Source: Eledone cirrhosa (taxonomy: Eukaryota). From it: 64,000 nucleotides of DNA. Shown one piece after another: positions 25,863 to 40,039 of the stretch. Under the pieces are notes generated by a model that did no database searches, was not told the origin of the DNA, and saw nothing but the letters and a program-made list of their open reading frames with translations. The translations under genes and the position numbers were made by a program. Location of the stretch: NCBI GenBank assembly GCA_964016885.1, contig OZ024743.1, positions 97,712,001 to 97,776,000 of the forward strand, in the 5' to 3' direction. Every line of letters starts with the position of its first letter. The first letter of the stretch is position 1.

Positions 25863-27189
25863 GACGGTCTACTGGGGTTTCCGTTACTCACAAGAAAATA
25901 TACAACTCGAGGCTGTAGTTGGGGGAAACACTTACGCAATGTATCGCTTCGTAGTGGAGAACATACTCACGTGGTTGAGTTGAAAGGCAACCTCCTTAAC
26001 CACATCTCCGTCAAATATTTGATCTTTTCAGATAATATACAATAACGATACTGAAGGGAATGTTAAGCCTGTATACAAGTTCGTTGAGCTGAAACTATGT
26101 TGCTTTTCTGTTCTTATTTCAGTTGGGTAACTACAGTTAACTCACTGGTCAAAATCCTATAGGTTTATTGCACGTCTTGCAAAACTATAAACTCAAGTTG
26201 TAAATGTTGCAGTTAATTTATGGACGACTGTTTTATCATCTTCGATTGTTGATGCAGATCTTCCCACCAGCTTGAAAACTTCAGCCCGAATTATTCCATC
26301 ACATTTCAATTCATATACTATATGAACTGAGTACATACACCATGAGTAAATATATTTCATACACAACTTTGTAAATATCGCTATAAGAAACTATTCACAT
26401 GCATGCATTCTAATAGATAATTGATTGAAGTCCCACAAGAACATTATCTTCTTATCGTAGTTGAGAAACAAACCATTTCCCAGCAGTTATTTTGGCTTAC
26501 TTCCAGTAGAAGACAAGGGAGACTAACACTGCATTAAATACAACAACAACATTTTCCTCGTCATCTACGCATCAGTAAATAATGTTTCACTATATTCTCA
26601 GCTGTCTTCCAGTCGTCTTATTCAAGAATTACATAAACGACAATAAATTGCTTTGGAGATATGTATTGAGTTACTAAAACGTTTTTATGAGTAACTGATC
26701 ATAATAATCCAATAGATTATCGATTTAATCAATGTAAGAAACGGTTTGTATGAAAGCGTCGAAGTTGACTGACTATACAACGATATCTAAACAAAGAGCT
26801 GTTTTCTAACATGCTACTCATACTTTTTCTAACTTAATACCATATTTAAAAAAGATAAACACAGGGACACAATTACAAAAAAATTATTATGGTCATTTGC
26901 GTCCCAACGCAAATTACCATAATAACTGTTTGTACCTCAGGTACAAGGCCAGCAACTTGAAGGTAAGGGACGTAAAGGGACGTAACTATGCCACGAAGTA
27001 TGGTGTCCGACGCTCTACCGATTCTGCCAATCCATAATAATAATAGTCACTCACTATAAATAATACCTAATTGAGAAGATCGGATAACGTATCTCTAGAG
27101 ACGGGGAAAATGGATAGAGGGACCTCTGTTCAGTTTTTTCCAACTCGTGGAGTAATTTACGCGATTGGGCCAACTATTATTTATAGTAA

Positions 27190-27388
27190 CCGCCTTGGAT
27201 TGACAGTATCGGTAGAAGGTCTGACGCCATGCTTTGCAGCAAAGAATTACGGCCCTTTATGGTCTGAGTTCAAATCCCGCCGAGGTTAAGTTTGTTTTTC
27301 ATCCTTACGGGGTCGATAAAATAAAGTACCAGTAATACACTAAGATCATTTCTGGCCTTGTGCCAAAAGTAGAAACAATTATTATTAT
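27190..27388 (+). mobile_element. tRNA-derived SINE
   Basis: A-box-like TGACAGTATCGGT, B-box GAGTTCAAATCC, family body and (ATT)n tail. Confidence 0.85.
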
Positions 27389-28080
27389 CGTTATTTGCGT
27401 TGATACGCATACATTTCAAATTTCAAACTTCCCGATGATAACCGTGTGTGTGGAAAATGTTACACCTCGTGCCTCTACCGTTTCCGTCTACCAAGTTTCG
27501 CGCACAATTTATAGATCAACTCGAAGGCAATACTAGAAGGAATTTACCCCCGAGGTGCCATGCAGTGGGGGGTGAAGCCGATAATACGAGGTTGCGAAGC
27601 GAACTTTTAACGATTTCACCACTAGCGCCTGTTTATTTAAATTATATAACTTTAATTTCGTTTCATTTTTATTGATATATGTAATAATTACTTTATATAT
27701 TCTCACCTGTCTCATTTAATATTTTATTAAACAACCTAAATTGCCACTTTCGCTACCATTCATGTACTCCTTTTTTATATTTTTGTCTGTGTATTCTCTT
27801 CATATATTGTTCACCTGAATAACGCCAACTCTCGGTTTCTAATGGAAATTTAAACAAAATTACTCATCATAATTAGACTATCAAGAAAACAGTTTGCCAA
27901 CCTTCAATTAATACTAAATACAATTCATGATTTCACATTCTAAATCTTTTCATAATTGAACAGCTCGCTTCAAGCGTCATAACAAAGGTCTCAAGAGTGA
28001 GCAATATGTTTTTCTTTTCTGTGTAAAATCTGTGGAAATTACATCTAAGTATACGCATTTATATATGTATATATATATTA

Positions 28081-28188
<108 letters not shown>

Positions 28189-28909
28189 CAGAGAGAGAGA
28201 GAGAGAGAGGAGAGCGAAGACAGATAGATAGAAATATAGATATATTATAGATATATTATGGAAATAATGATGTTATGAGCTCAAATAACAAATAATTCAG
28301 ATTTACAATTAAATATTAAACTCATTCCAACAGTAACTTTTGAAGCGTAATTTTAAAATTCTCCAAATAAATACGTTAAATAACAGAAATATTGACATTA
28401 ATTAACTCAATCTTGTTCTCCGATTTTCATTTCAAATTGCAGCTCATATCACGCTATAGACGCCAAACGTTGTTTGATTCTACGAAGCTTCATTAATGTC
28501 TTATGAAATATATTACTTTAATTATCATCAAAATAACCACTACTTTATCAAAACATAACATATTATACAATATCAATTTTATTTGAAATCTAGGTCATTC
28601 ACGGCAAAGTCATTCGATATTTTCTTTAAGTATTAACGTCCTTACTCAGTAGATTTCCTTAATACTGGCTTGGTCAGTAAGCAGGAAGTGGGGAATTAGC
28701 AGAGATCTTAGAACGTCAGATATACGTTCATGTCACATCCAAACGATCAGATATATATTGGTGTATTTTCCGTCGGCGGACAGAATGCTGAATGCGTTAC
28801 TCCGGATGAGGGAGATGCACTATAAGAGAATACTGTGCAGTATTCGTTCTGAGCCCAAACACACCGAGAACATTTTGCTTTCATCTCTTAAACGTCAATA
28901 AATAAGTAC

Positions 28910-29028
<119 letters not shown>

Positions 29029-29191
29029 CTTTCTCTCTCTCTCTCTTTCGCTCTCTCTCTAACTCTCTCTCTCTCACTGATGTTACATGGTCAGCAGATG
29101 GTCCTTCCCAAGACATGCTGTACGAATAATGGGTCCATACATATATACAGTAAACATGCTAATATTTGCGTCATTGACATTCAGGTATAAC

Positions 29192-29487
29192 TAAATCCAT
29201 AAAGAACATTCTCACACAAGCCAAAATCCAACCAACCCTCACAATGAACCCTACAGTAAAAAAAATTGCGGAAGGCCCAACTGTGGCATAGGTATAAATC
29301 TAATAGAAGGTTGAACATTCCATTTTAAACAAGGACAACATTTCACAGTAAAACACAACTTTACATGTGCATCTGAAAACCTAATCTATGTTTTGACCTG
29401 CACAGGTTGTCAAGAGCACTACATAGGACAGACATAAAACTGTTTCCGACAACGTATGACCGTCCATAAATCAGAAATCAAAATACA
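29192..29487 (+). mobile_element. PLE GIY-YIG fragment, same family as 4375-6000
   Basis: High nucleotide similarity to ~4965-5260. Encodes CASENLIYVLTCTGCQEHYIGQT. Confidence 0.85.
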
Positions 29488-29624
29488 TATCTTTACTTTC
29501 TTTATTCAATAGAAAATCTGAATTCTGACACCCCAGCGAACTAACCATATTCACTGAACCAGAACAATTCTCCCATCCAATTTCTCTTGACCATTATATT
29601 TTACTTGTCATAAAATTCTCTAAA

Positions 29625-30163
29625 AAGGCTACAGAATAGATTTCCAAATAAGGGCGCGAAAATTTAATGAAAACTTGTTCACGTGACAGCCATAATTTCA
29701 TTTATAACAAATCAAATTACGTTTATTTAAAAAAAGCCTTCGTGAGCCCCCTTTTTTTTAAGTAAAAAGAAATTCAAACACTCATATATGAATAAACAAC
29801 CTGTTACCCCCCTCGTTTGAAGAACTTTGTAACACGAACTGGTGCGAAATTTATTATAATTATTGACCAACCAATCAAATTAATTCTCGAAAAACCTGGC
29901 ATTTCGAGCCACTTTTTCCATATAAAACAAGTAACATTCAGAGACCAACCAGACGTGAGAAAAACCACAGACCCTCCATCTCAACTCTAATTTTGAAAAG
30001 CAAAAGAACTGCGAAACCGGTAAAGGAATCAAATAAATATATATATTTTTTTTTAAATAAGGTTGCAGTTGCATTTTCGATTTCATCTTTTTTTCTTTAT
30101 ACTTTCACTCGTGTAGGACACCTCGGTTATTTTTCATTTTGTAAAAAAAAGCTCACTTTCTAG
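29625..30163 (+). repeat. unclassified dispersed repeat (~540 bp), possibly a non-autonomous Helitron
   Basis: Reverse-complement homologue at 56752-57328. Both copies end at TTTCTAG/TTTCTAA. Confidence 0.7.
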
Positions 30164-30261
30164 ATGAAATATCAATGATAGTTGGCAAATCACTGACGAA
30201 GGACTAATTTTATCATATGTAACCCATGTGCAACCACGCAGTATTCTTCTTTCTTCTCATG

Positions 30262-30332
<71 letters not shown>

Positions 30333-30423
30333 AAGGTTAAACAAGGTTCAATGAATAAATCAAAGAATGAGTTTTACAATAGATCGGAAGCACTCAACTG
30401 ATTTTGGTTTTCCGAAGTTATTA

Positions 30424-30700
30424 ATATTAATTCAAAATATTAACAAAATAGATATTCTTGTGATCAAGTATATTTTATTATACATATTTCAGAGGTACTG
30501 AGTTAACTTCAACAGTACGTCCTCATTAGGACTACCATGACTGAATCTTAACCATCTACTATGTCAGGGTTTGTCATGCATCATCTTATTTTATCTGATG
30601 AGAACGTACTGTTGAAGTTAACTCAGTACCTCTGAAATATGTATAATAAAATATACTTGATCACAAGAATATCTATTTTGTTAATATTTTGAATTAATAT
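30424..30700. repeat. inverted repeat (~97-bp perfect arms, ~85-bp spacer) carrying hammerhead motifs; PLE pLTR-like
   Basis: 30424-30520 is the reverse complement of ~30605-30700. Confidence 0.9.
30587..30653 (+). ncRNA. type I hammerhead ribozyme motif
   Basis: TATTTTAT-CTGATGA-gaacGTACTG ttgaagttaact CAGTACctct-GAA ATATGTAT A-ATAAAATA. 8-bp stem I, intact core, near-palindromic stem III, AUA triplet. Confidence 0.75.
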
Positions 30701-31014
30701 ATATATATATATATATATAAGTTGAAATAAAATGAAAACGAAATTTCATTTCTCACTCTTAGTACGGCACTTACTTAAATGTAAGTATCTGTGTATACGT
30801 ACATACATATATGTATACAGACGTACAGTAGCATGCATATATATATATATATATATATACATACAGGTACACATACATATATGCACGTATCAGTTTAGCG
30901 GACGCTTATTATAACGCCGCTTTATTCGTTTGTAAACAAACTGAACAGCCTGAATTTTATGCCGTACGGTGTTAAGGCAACCACGTCACCTTTTTGTTCA
31001 ACACTGACACAGGA

Positions 31015-31057
31015 ACGATATACTAGTTTCAAGCTTGTTAGCTATCATCAGCACCGT
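31015..31057 (-). ncRNA. minimal type I hammerhead ribozyme (array copy, inverted)
   Basis: Reverse complement of ACGGTG-CTGATGA-TAGCTAACAAGCTT-GAAACTAGTA-TATCGT. Confidence 0.82.
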
Positions 31058-31294
31058 ATACCCTTCTGCCAGATAGTTGAACGTTCGAAAGTATATACTT
31101 TCCTTCTGAAAATTAACGGCTGAGCAGCCTAATTTGCATATCGAGTGAGTTAAGTCGGTCAGGCATACCAAAAAACGATAAGTTGAAATAAAATAAAAAC
31201 GAAATTTCATTTCTCACTCTTAGTACGGCACTTACTTAAATGTAAGTATCTGTGTATACGTACATAGATATATGTATACAGACGTACAGTAGCA

Positions 31295-31368
<74 letters not shown>

Positions 31369-31516
31369 CATACAGGTACACATACATATATGCACGTGGT
31401 TGCCTTAACACCATACGGCATAAAATTCAGGCTGTTCAGTTTGTTTACAAACGAATAAAGCGGCGTTATAATAAGCGTCCGCTAAACTGATACGTGCATA
31501 TATGTATGTGTACCTG

Positions 31517-31584
<68 letters not shown>

Positions 31585-31822
31585 TGCTACTGTACGTCTG
31601 TATACATATATGTATGTACGTATACACAGATACTTACATTTAAGTAAGTGCCGTACTAAGAGTGAGAAATGAAATTTCGTTTTTCATTTTATTTCAACTT
31701 ATCGTTTTTTGGTATGCCTGACCGACTTAACTCACTCGATATGCAAATTAGGCTGCTCAGCCGTTAATTTTCAGAAGGAAAGTATATACTTTCGAACGTT
31801 CAACTATCTGGCAGAAGGGTAT

Positions 31823-31865
31823 ACGGTGCTGATGATAGCTAACAAGCTTGAAACTAGTATATCGT
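31823..31865 (+). ncRNA. minimal type I hammerhead ribozyme (array copy 1)
   Basis: Stem I ACGGTG/TATCGT, core CTGATGA at 31829, stem II AGCT/AGCT, GAAA, palindromic ACTAGT. Predicted cleavage after GTA at 31859. Confidence 0.85.
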
Positions 31866-32283
31866 TCCTGTGTCAGTGTTGAACAAAAAGGTGACGTGGT
31901 TGCATTAACACCGTACGGCATAAAATTCAGGCTGTTCAGTTTGTTTACAAACGAATAAAGCGGCGTTATAATAAGCGTCCGCTAAACTGATACGTGCATA
32001 TATGTATGTGTACCTGTATGTATATATATATATATATATATATGCATGCTACTGTACGTCTGTATACATATATGTATGTACGTATACACAGATACTTACA
32101 TTTAAGTAAGTGCCGTACTAAGAGTGAGAAATGAAATTTCGTTTTCATTTTATTTCAACTTATCGTTTTTTGGTATGCCTGACCGACTTAACTCACTCGA
32201 TATGCAAATTAGGCTGCTCAGCCGTTAATTTTCAGAAGGAAAGTATATGCTTTCGAACGTTCAACTATCTGGCAGAAGGGTAT

Positions 32284-32326
32284 ACGGTGCTGATGATAGC
32301 TAACAAGCTTGAAACTAGTATATCGT
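32284..32326 (+). ncRNA. minimal type I hammerhead ribozyme (array copy 2)
   Basis: Identical motif. Predicted cleavage after 32320. Confidence 0.85.
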
Positions 32327-32477
32327 TCCTGTGTCAGTGTTGAACAAAAAGGTGACGTGGTTGCCTTAACACCGTACGGCATAAAATTCAGGCTTTTCAG
32401 TTTGTTTACAAACGAATAAAGCGGCGTTATAATAAGCGTCCGCTAAACTGATACGTGCATATATGTATGTGTACCTG

Positions 32478-32517
<40 letters not shown>

Positions 32518-32754
32518 TGCTACTGTACGTCTGTATACATATATGTATGTACGTATACACAGATACTTACATTTAAGTAAGTGCCGTACTAAGAGTGAGA
32601 AATGAAATTTCGTTTTCATTTTATTTCAACTTATCGTTTTTTGGTATGCCTGACCGACTTAACTCACTCGATATGCAAATTAGGCTGCTCAGCCGTTAAT
32701 TTTCAGAAGGAAAGTATATACTTTCGAACGTTCAACTATCTGGCAGAAGGGTAT

Positions 32755-32797
32755 ACGGTGCTGATGATAGCTAACAAGCTTGAAACTAGTATATCGT
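32755..32797 (+). ncRNA. minimal type I hammerhead ribozyme (array copy 3)
   Basis: Identical motif. Predicted cleavage after 32791. Confidence 0.85.
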
Positions 32798-32948
32798 TCC
32801 TGTGTCAGTGTTGAACAAAAAGATGACGTGGTTGCCTTAACACCGTACGGCATAAAATTCAGGCTGTTCAGTTTGTTTACAAACGAATAAAGCGGCGTTA
32901 TAATAAGCGTCCGCTAAACTGATACGTGCATATATGTATGTGTACCTG

Positions 32949-33020
<72 letters not shown>

Positions 33021-33065
33021 TGCTACTGTACGTCTGTATACATATATGTATGTACGTATACACAG

Positions 33066-33189
<124 letters not shown>

Positions 33190-33192
33190 ATA

Positions 33193-33543
33193 CAGTAGAA
33201 CCTTGCTGTACGAAAGCCCCATTATACCAGTAATCATTGTCTTGTAATACGAGAGGAAATCCGCAGTACGAGCGAGTTTCATACAATTAATAAAACCAGT
33301 TTACATATTTCTTTTGCATTCTCTTTTATTATGTTTTTATAATTGTAACTTTCCGTGTAACTGAACCTTTTCTGTTTGAAAAACCATGGACAAAAAATGA
33401 TTTGGGGGTGATTTGGGGGAAACTGGAACGGATTATGTTTATTTTAATTAATTTTAATGGGGAAAATTGATTTGCAAAACGAGTAAATCGTAAAATGAGT
33501 TCGGTCATGGAACGAATGAAACTCATACTACGAGGTATCACTG
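33193..33543. mobile_element. Tigger/pogo-like MITE (Tc1/mariner superfamily)
   Basis: TA|CAGTAGAACCT ... CGAGGTATCACTG|TA: imperfect TIRs with TA target duplication. Confidence 0.7.
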
Positions 33544-35819
33544 TATCTATATATATATATATTGTGTAAATGTGTGTGGGTATGTGTGTCTCTGTGTGTG
33601 TATGTGTGTGTGTGTGTCTGTGTCTCTGTGCGTGTGTGTGGCTTTGTGTCTATATATATATATATATACATATCGTATTTTTATACGCTAATTCCCCACC
33701 CCAGACATCAGATATATATTGCTGCATCTATCAGATAAACAGAAAGGCGAATGAGTTACTCCTGTATTTAGCAGTGGAGATGCAATATAGGAGCCAGTGA
33801 AAGTCGTAAGGCCATCTTTATCCCGATCTCAATAAATAGGGATGTAGTTCGGTGACGCACAACACCATATTTTTTCTATCGCTATAGCTTGTACATGGGA
33901 CCATAAAGCAACATTTATGATATGCTTCACAAAAGATATGATAGTCTACAAGATTAGATACATATTTAGCTGTACATTTCTTTGCCCTCCTTTGAATTAT
34001 ATATATATATCTGATATCAGAAACCTGACTAGCTTAAACAACACTTACAGAAGAAGTTATAAAATCAGGGGGTATCCGAGATAGAGTTGATACGATATTT
34101 TGGGTTGAAAGCAGTAGACTGTTAGACGAAATGCCAGGTTACACACCCTTTTACATTTCAAGTTGATATTACCCTCACGCGTCGTTATTTTATTTATGTT
34201 CTTTATAATGATTAATTTGTGTCTGCTTTTATTTCACTGGCTTACATTCTAGCCCCGTTCTTTTCTCTCATGTCTTGAAGGATAGACCTTATGGAGTTGT
34301 TTCTATCTCCCGTTCTATTTCTTCATTTCATTTTCATTTTATATTCCGTTTTGGTTTTATCTGTCCTCTATTTTCATATTTTAATCATTATCTAGCTCTC
34401 TTTTATTTTCCGTATAATTCGCTTCTTAGCGACGCTTTACTGATTTACATTTGTAGACCAAAAGATTATGTTAGTAATGTTTCCTTAAACTAATCAGCCT
34501 CATTTCTTCTTTCGAGACACACCGTGGTTACTTTGGAATAGTTCTTTACTGTATAGCTCTATCATATGTATATCGGTTTTAAGCTAGAATGTTCGGAATT
34601 TAGTCAATAGGTTTCTAGTTGTCTTTTCTATCTAGGTTTCTCAATTCACGTGAATTCCATTTAATATATTAATTCTTTATTTTTGATTCCGATGCCTCAT
34701 ACATTTATTCATTTCATCTCTCTGCATTGATTTCAGTTTTTAGTGTATGTCCGAATTTTCATTACCAGTTCTTTTTCGTCTCCTTCCATCGTATGCAGTA
34801 TCTTATATAATTCATTTACTCCATCTACCAGTGTGGGGTATTTTATTCTAATTCTCTGTTTCAAGTGTTTAAACCTTATTTAAGGTTTTACGTTTTAGTT
34901 ATTTTGTCATATTTCTAAACCCAAAGCGATTCCTTGTTAAATCAACGTATGAATGTAGCATATACATGGATAGGATCCAATTACTAGAACCAGAACATCT
35001 CGTCTCCAGCAAGAAAATTGATAGAGACCGGATTAGCAGGTTAATTGGACGAGAATTATCGAAGGAGGTCGCATCAAACGGTGGGGTGTTTATCTATAGA
35101 GAAATATTAAATAGAATCTATGAAGTTCATTAGCTATTTAGCTAGTGTAAACAAAAGATCATAGGGCTAGCAAGTTAATGGATTCGTCTGTTCTGAAAGG
35201 TATTATAAGTGACGTGCTAGGAGTAAAATGGCACTTTACTGATTCTATGATGCTGCTTTGAAAATGGAGTTAGAGCGGTTAATATTTGGATTGTACACGC
35301 TTTTGTTGACTACCGGTAATTCGGATTTATAAGCGATCACCTGATCCACCCTAGATAGCAGTGTAATCTTATGGAGAAATGTAGAATGTCTATATTTCAT
35401 ATTGTTGATTTATTCTGGGTTAGAGAGTATCATACTCCATACTTCGTGCAAATAAAAAGAAATACCAGTAATTTCCTAATTCGTCCTTGTCAATGCTATC
35501 CCTCTATTACTCGCTTGGCAATGAAAAAATTACGTATAATATTGCGTATGTTATTGTTGTTCTTCTTATTATTTTTCTGTCTTGATACGTGTTACAGTTT
35601 GCTCACTAAATGTTGTTATTTTTCAACTAGTTTTAAATCGTTTTTTTTTCTGAAACTTTTGCCATTTTTCGTGTATAGAGTAACTACGTTCCTTGTGAAT
35701 CAGACGGTTTTTATCTACCTATAGCCTTTAATGTATGATTAATTTTGCAAATACATACACCAAATTTTGATTCCAAAAACGATAGTAGAAAAGTACTACT
35801 AGTAGTAGTACTACTACTA

Positions 35820-36365
35820 TTGCAAAACGCCGGAACCAGTAGCATACAAGAGCGATTTTCAACCATTGCAAAACTGTGACACTGGAGTTACCACTAAAAA
35901 AAAAAGCTAATACAAGCAAAAACAACACTATAACTACCACCGCTACCACCAACACCCCACCTCTACTAACACTGCAGCAACAAAAATCAACAACACCAAT
36001 GACAGCATGAAGAACAACGACAGCAGTGAGGAAAGAAACAATAACAATACAACGAAAACATTTTCAGCCATTGCAAGTCTGCTTAAAGAAATGATTCCCA
36101 TGGGACTGGAAAAGATTAACACTGAATTGGCTCAAGCCAAACAAATTATTTAAAAAATTGAAGGTTGGGAAGCCGCTTCAATGGTATCAACGGACCCAAC
36201 AAGTCTCAACTAAAACAGTTCTGTACAGATATATGTCAACAAACAACCGACAACTGGAAACGGCATCTGTCATTTGAGTTGGGAAAGCCCTAATAGAAAT
36301 TATGAAGGTATGGCCCACATAGCCAGAGCAATACAATTTGCCCGCATCGACATCCTCTTTATCGA
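35820..36365 (+). pseudogene. highly decayed ORF1 fragment of a Tx1/L1 relative
   Basis: Translates piecewise to TELAQAKQII*KIEGWEA and GKALIEI../HIARAIQFARIDILF. These align by eye with EQLAQAWRLIKREKSWAN and EAALEYI..YKARGKQFGTISVLF of the Tx1 ORF1 at ~22570-22870. Confidence 0.55.
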
Positions 36366-36381
36366 GATACTACAAGTTTCA

Positions 36382-36560
36382 GTAGTGGATTGGCGGTATC
36401 GCTAGAGCGTGAGACAACATTCTTTACGGCATAGAGTTTGGGCCCTTTACGTTTCGAGTTCAAATCTCTCTGCTTTTCATTTTTACAGAGTCGATAAAAT
36501 AAAGTACCAGCAATGCACTGAGGTCCATGTAATCGATTTTCTCTCCCCCAAAAGATGTTG
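36382..36560 (+). mobile_element. older diverged tRNA-derived SINE
   Basis: GTGGATTGGCGGTATCG..GAGTTCAAATC..GTCGATAAAATAAAGTACCAG. Confidence 0.7.
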
Positions 36561-37744
36561 GACTTGTTTTTACTGTTCAACCAAGTGCACCTCTGAGTGT
36601 CATTGCTTTGTATTGCTTGTGTGTGTGTGTGCGTGTGTGTGTGTGTATGTGTGTATGTGTGTGTGTGTGTGTGTGTTTGCATTTAAATTTAAATTGTTTG
36701 CTTTGCTCTAGTGGTAGTATTATCTGTATGTGGTTTCGCGTATAATTCCTAGATATCTTGAAATATATTATCCAATATAATATTCAATGTTTAATTCAGT
36801 AGGGTGGGATTTCAAGATTATTTGCAAGTTATTTCTAGTTTGTATAACTACCGCATACAATCCAATGTGGTAGTTGCACAACTACGACATTGGATTGTCG
36901 GAGTTTTGTTATTTTTAGCGTACGTCATAGAATTTGCTAAGAATGTAAAAAGCTTTTAGTAAATCCAGCGATGAACAGAAATTTATTCATCTTCTATATT
37001 TCAGTTTTGTTTTAGTTCTGTTTTCCTATAGGTTAAGGCATACTTGTATTCAGTTTTGTACATATATTTTTATGTTTATTATTTCGTGTTATTTGTATTT
37101 TGAAAAAAAATTTCTTTTCAAAGAATTTACTATTACAAAGCTCAACGATGAGCGACTAAAGCATCCAAGCTGTAAAACCTCTAATATAAATAATTAATGC
37201 TGGTTATTGCGGGAATAAAATATCGATTTCTAACATTGGTGCAAGACAGCAAAATAATATCGTTTTTGTGTCAGGGGAACAGTTGATTAAATTGACCCCA
37301 GCAAATTATTTCACAGACATAGGAAAGATGAAAGACAAAGTGAAATTTCATGAGATCTGAAATCAGGACGCAGGGGGCGTAATTAATTAACCAGTGCAAG
37401 TAATCAACCCGTTACCACTCTAACCCTGACTCAACCAACACCGCTTTTACTGATCTACAATATTAATTGATGACTATGTTATCGACATATTTTACACAAT
37501 TATGACCGAAATGCGTTAATAATAAACAATTTGTTGACACGTATGCATGCATGCATATGTATATATATATATATATGCACACATACTCTTATGGATACAC
37601 ACGCACACACTCACTTGTAATATATACATACACATGTACAGAAACTGACATATATATGTGTGTGTGTGTATGTGTGTATGTGTGTGTGCGTGTCTGTTTG
37701 TGTGTGTGTGTGTCTCACTGTATGTGTATCTGTCTGTCTGTGTA

Positions 37745-37848
<104 letters not shown>

Positions 37849-40039
37849 TGTGTATGTCTGTGTGTGTCTGTGTGTGTGAGTGTGTGTGTATATGAAACCT
37901 AGAGATGATCGTAGAATGGATCACTAATTGGTGTCTATAAGAGTTTAGATGCATTATGAAAATAATATAATAGCTAATAGATTGTTGTATTATGTGTGTC
38001 TAATAAATATATAAATAGTAAGTAACTAGTAATGAATAAATAACTAGTCTCTGAATGTTTTCTCTTCAGCCGATCTTACAAGGGCCATAGTCCTTTTGTC
38101 TAGCTTCGAAAGAGCTAGGAATCATTATTTTCCAGGTGAAAGACAACACTGCTACTTCATTAGGAATATTAAATGAATTCCATTGATGGGGTGCTAAATA
38201 AATGTATCTATGATTTAGCTTCGTTTTATGATGGCTTAATAAATGAACCAACAGAACGAATATGAAAACTTTTAAATGCTTATATCGCTGTTTGTATTTA
38301 ACACTACCATGTTCGATAATCCCTGGGCATAATACTTCCAAAAGTCAACTACGAAAGACAAAAACATATTTATTAGTCACAAACATCTTCACTCAATATG
38401 ACTTCAAACGATTACGTGTATTTCCTCTTAATATGATGTTCTATACATAATATTTGAACAACTTCCCGTCTTCAAAAAATTATTATTTAATCTAATATAA
38501 CTTTAAACTGTTTCGTATACAAAACATAATCTATTCAACGTTTTTTCAGTCATATGTGTTTCCAAATAAAGTTAACCTCTATTAACGTATTTGTTTAATT
38601 CGTTTATTCCATTGTAGAGTTATTTATGAAAGTAAGATGGTACTTTTTATGAATGTCATGAAGTGCATCAATTTCATTTTGCCTTACCCTCTGTGATTTC
38701 TTTATGAATGCAATTACGAAGTACTGAAACTAAATCCAGCAAATTGCCGATTTCATAATGTAGGATACTAAAATAAAATTACCAATTGTTTTTGTTTTAA
38801 GTATTGATGATATTATTCGTCACTTTGTCGGAATGTTATTTCTGGAGAAAGATATTCTTATAGTGAAACAAGGTTATCATTTAGTTATCTTTAGTAGATG
38901 TTGAAAGAAAACAATAAAATTGAGGAACTACATTAATTATAAAGCCTTTCAAATGTGACGAGGCTACAATGACGAAACAAATGCATATGATAAGGACACT
39001 AGAAAAAACAACATCCAAATAAGGATATAATACACCTTGTAGTAAATATTGTGGCTACCATTACATTCTCATGTTTACGTAGAATACAAACATTCAATGG
39101 TGAGATATGAGGCCTATTATAACCATTACATTTGTATATGTTTATTTATATATATATTATCTACGCTGTAAAGCATTAAGAGAATATTCTACAGACAAAT
39201 TGCTCCAAACATTGTAGAGTAGTTGTGTGTAGTTTATTGAATAAATAATAAATAAAACTTATTTTAGCGACTCCAGGAAAAGAAAGGTCAAAATAAACTA
39301 CACGATGATTTGAACTGAGTTTGTCTAAACTAAATATTGTCAAGTGTCATCTCTACATTTCCTTACTTTTAAGATTTGGAAATAAATATTAATAATTATT
39401 CCTAATACTGGCACAAGACCAGCAATTTGGGGAAAAGGAGATAATCGATTATATCGATCCTGTTACTTAACTGTTATTTCATATCATTGATCCAAGAAGG
39501 CTGAAAGGCATAGCTGAGTTCGTCTAGATTTTAACTCATAATGTAAGGAACCCAACCAAATACCCTTTCAACATTTTGTCGAAGCTCCACCGATTCTGCC
39601 AGTCAAACACACCTAGACGGTATTGTTAATGATGATATATTTTTTTCATTCACGCCAGCACAACTTATAGACGGTTAATAAAGAATATAACAATTGATAC
39701 CTTTCTTTAAATATTTGTTTCAAATGGAAGAGAAACTGGTGAGCAGCATTTTTTAGCTAAAGATTAAAACAGAAGAATCATGAAAGTAATGGAAAGGTAT
39801 GTTTAAGAAAAAAGATCCTATGGATTGATTCCTGTTCTGGTTAACCAGATTAATGAAGGAAACATTAATATTGATTTCAAATGATAACACTATCAATGGA
39901 ATTTTTAGTTTATCTTTTGCTCTTCTAAAGAACATACGATACGTTGTTACTAAAACTAAAAGAAATATGGAAGCTGTGATCAAAATTATAATGGACAATG
40001 GGACTGATGAGATAATATCTGTATACAACAACTACAACG

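Noticed and set aside
30998-32814. Repeated 60-70 aa ORFs (MKFRFHFISTYRFLVC...) in the ribozyme array
   Set aside because: They are short, show no recognisable domain, and overlap the hammerhead. They are repeated only because the unit is repeated.
34500-35350. Possible very old LINE remnant
   Set aside because: No motif could be read with confidence.
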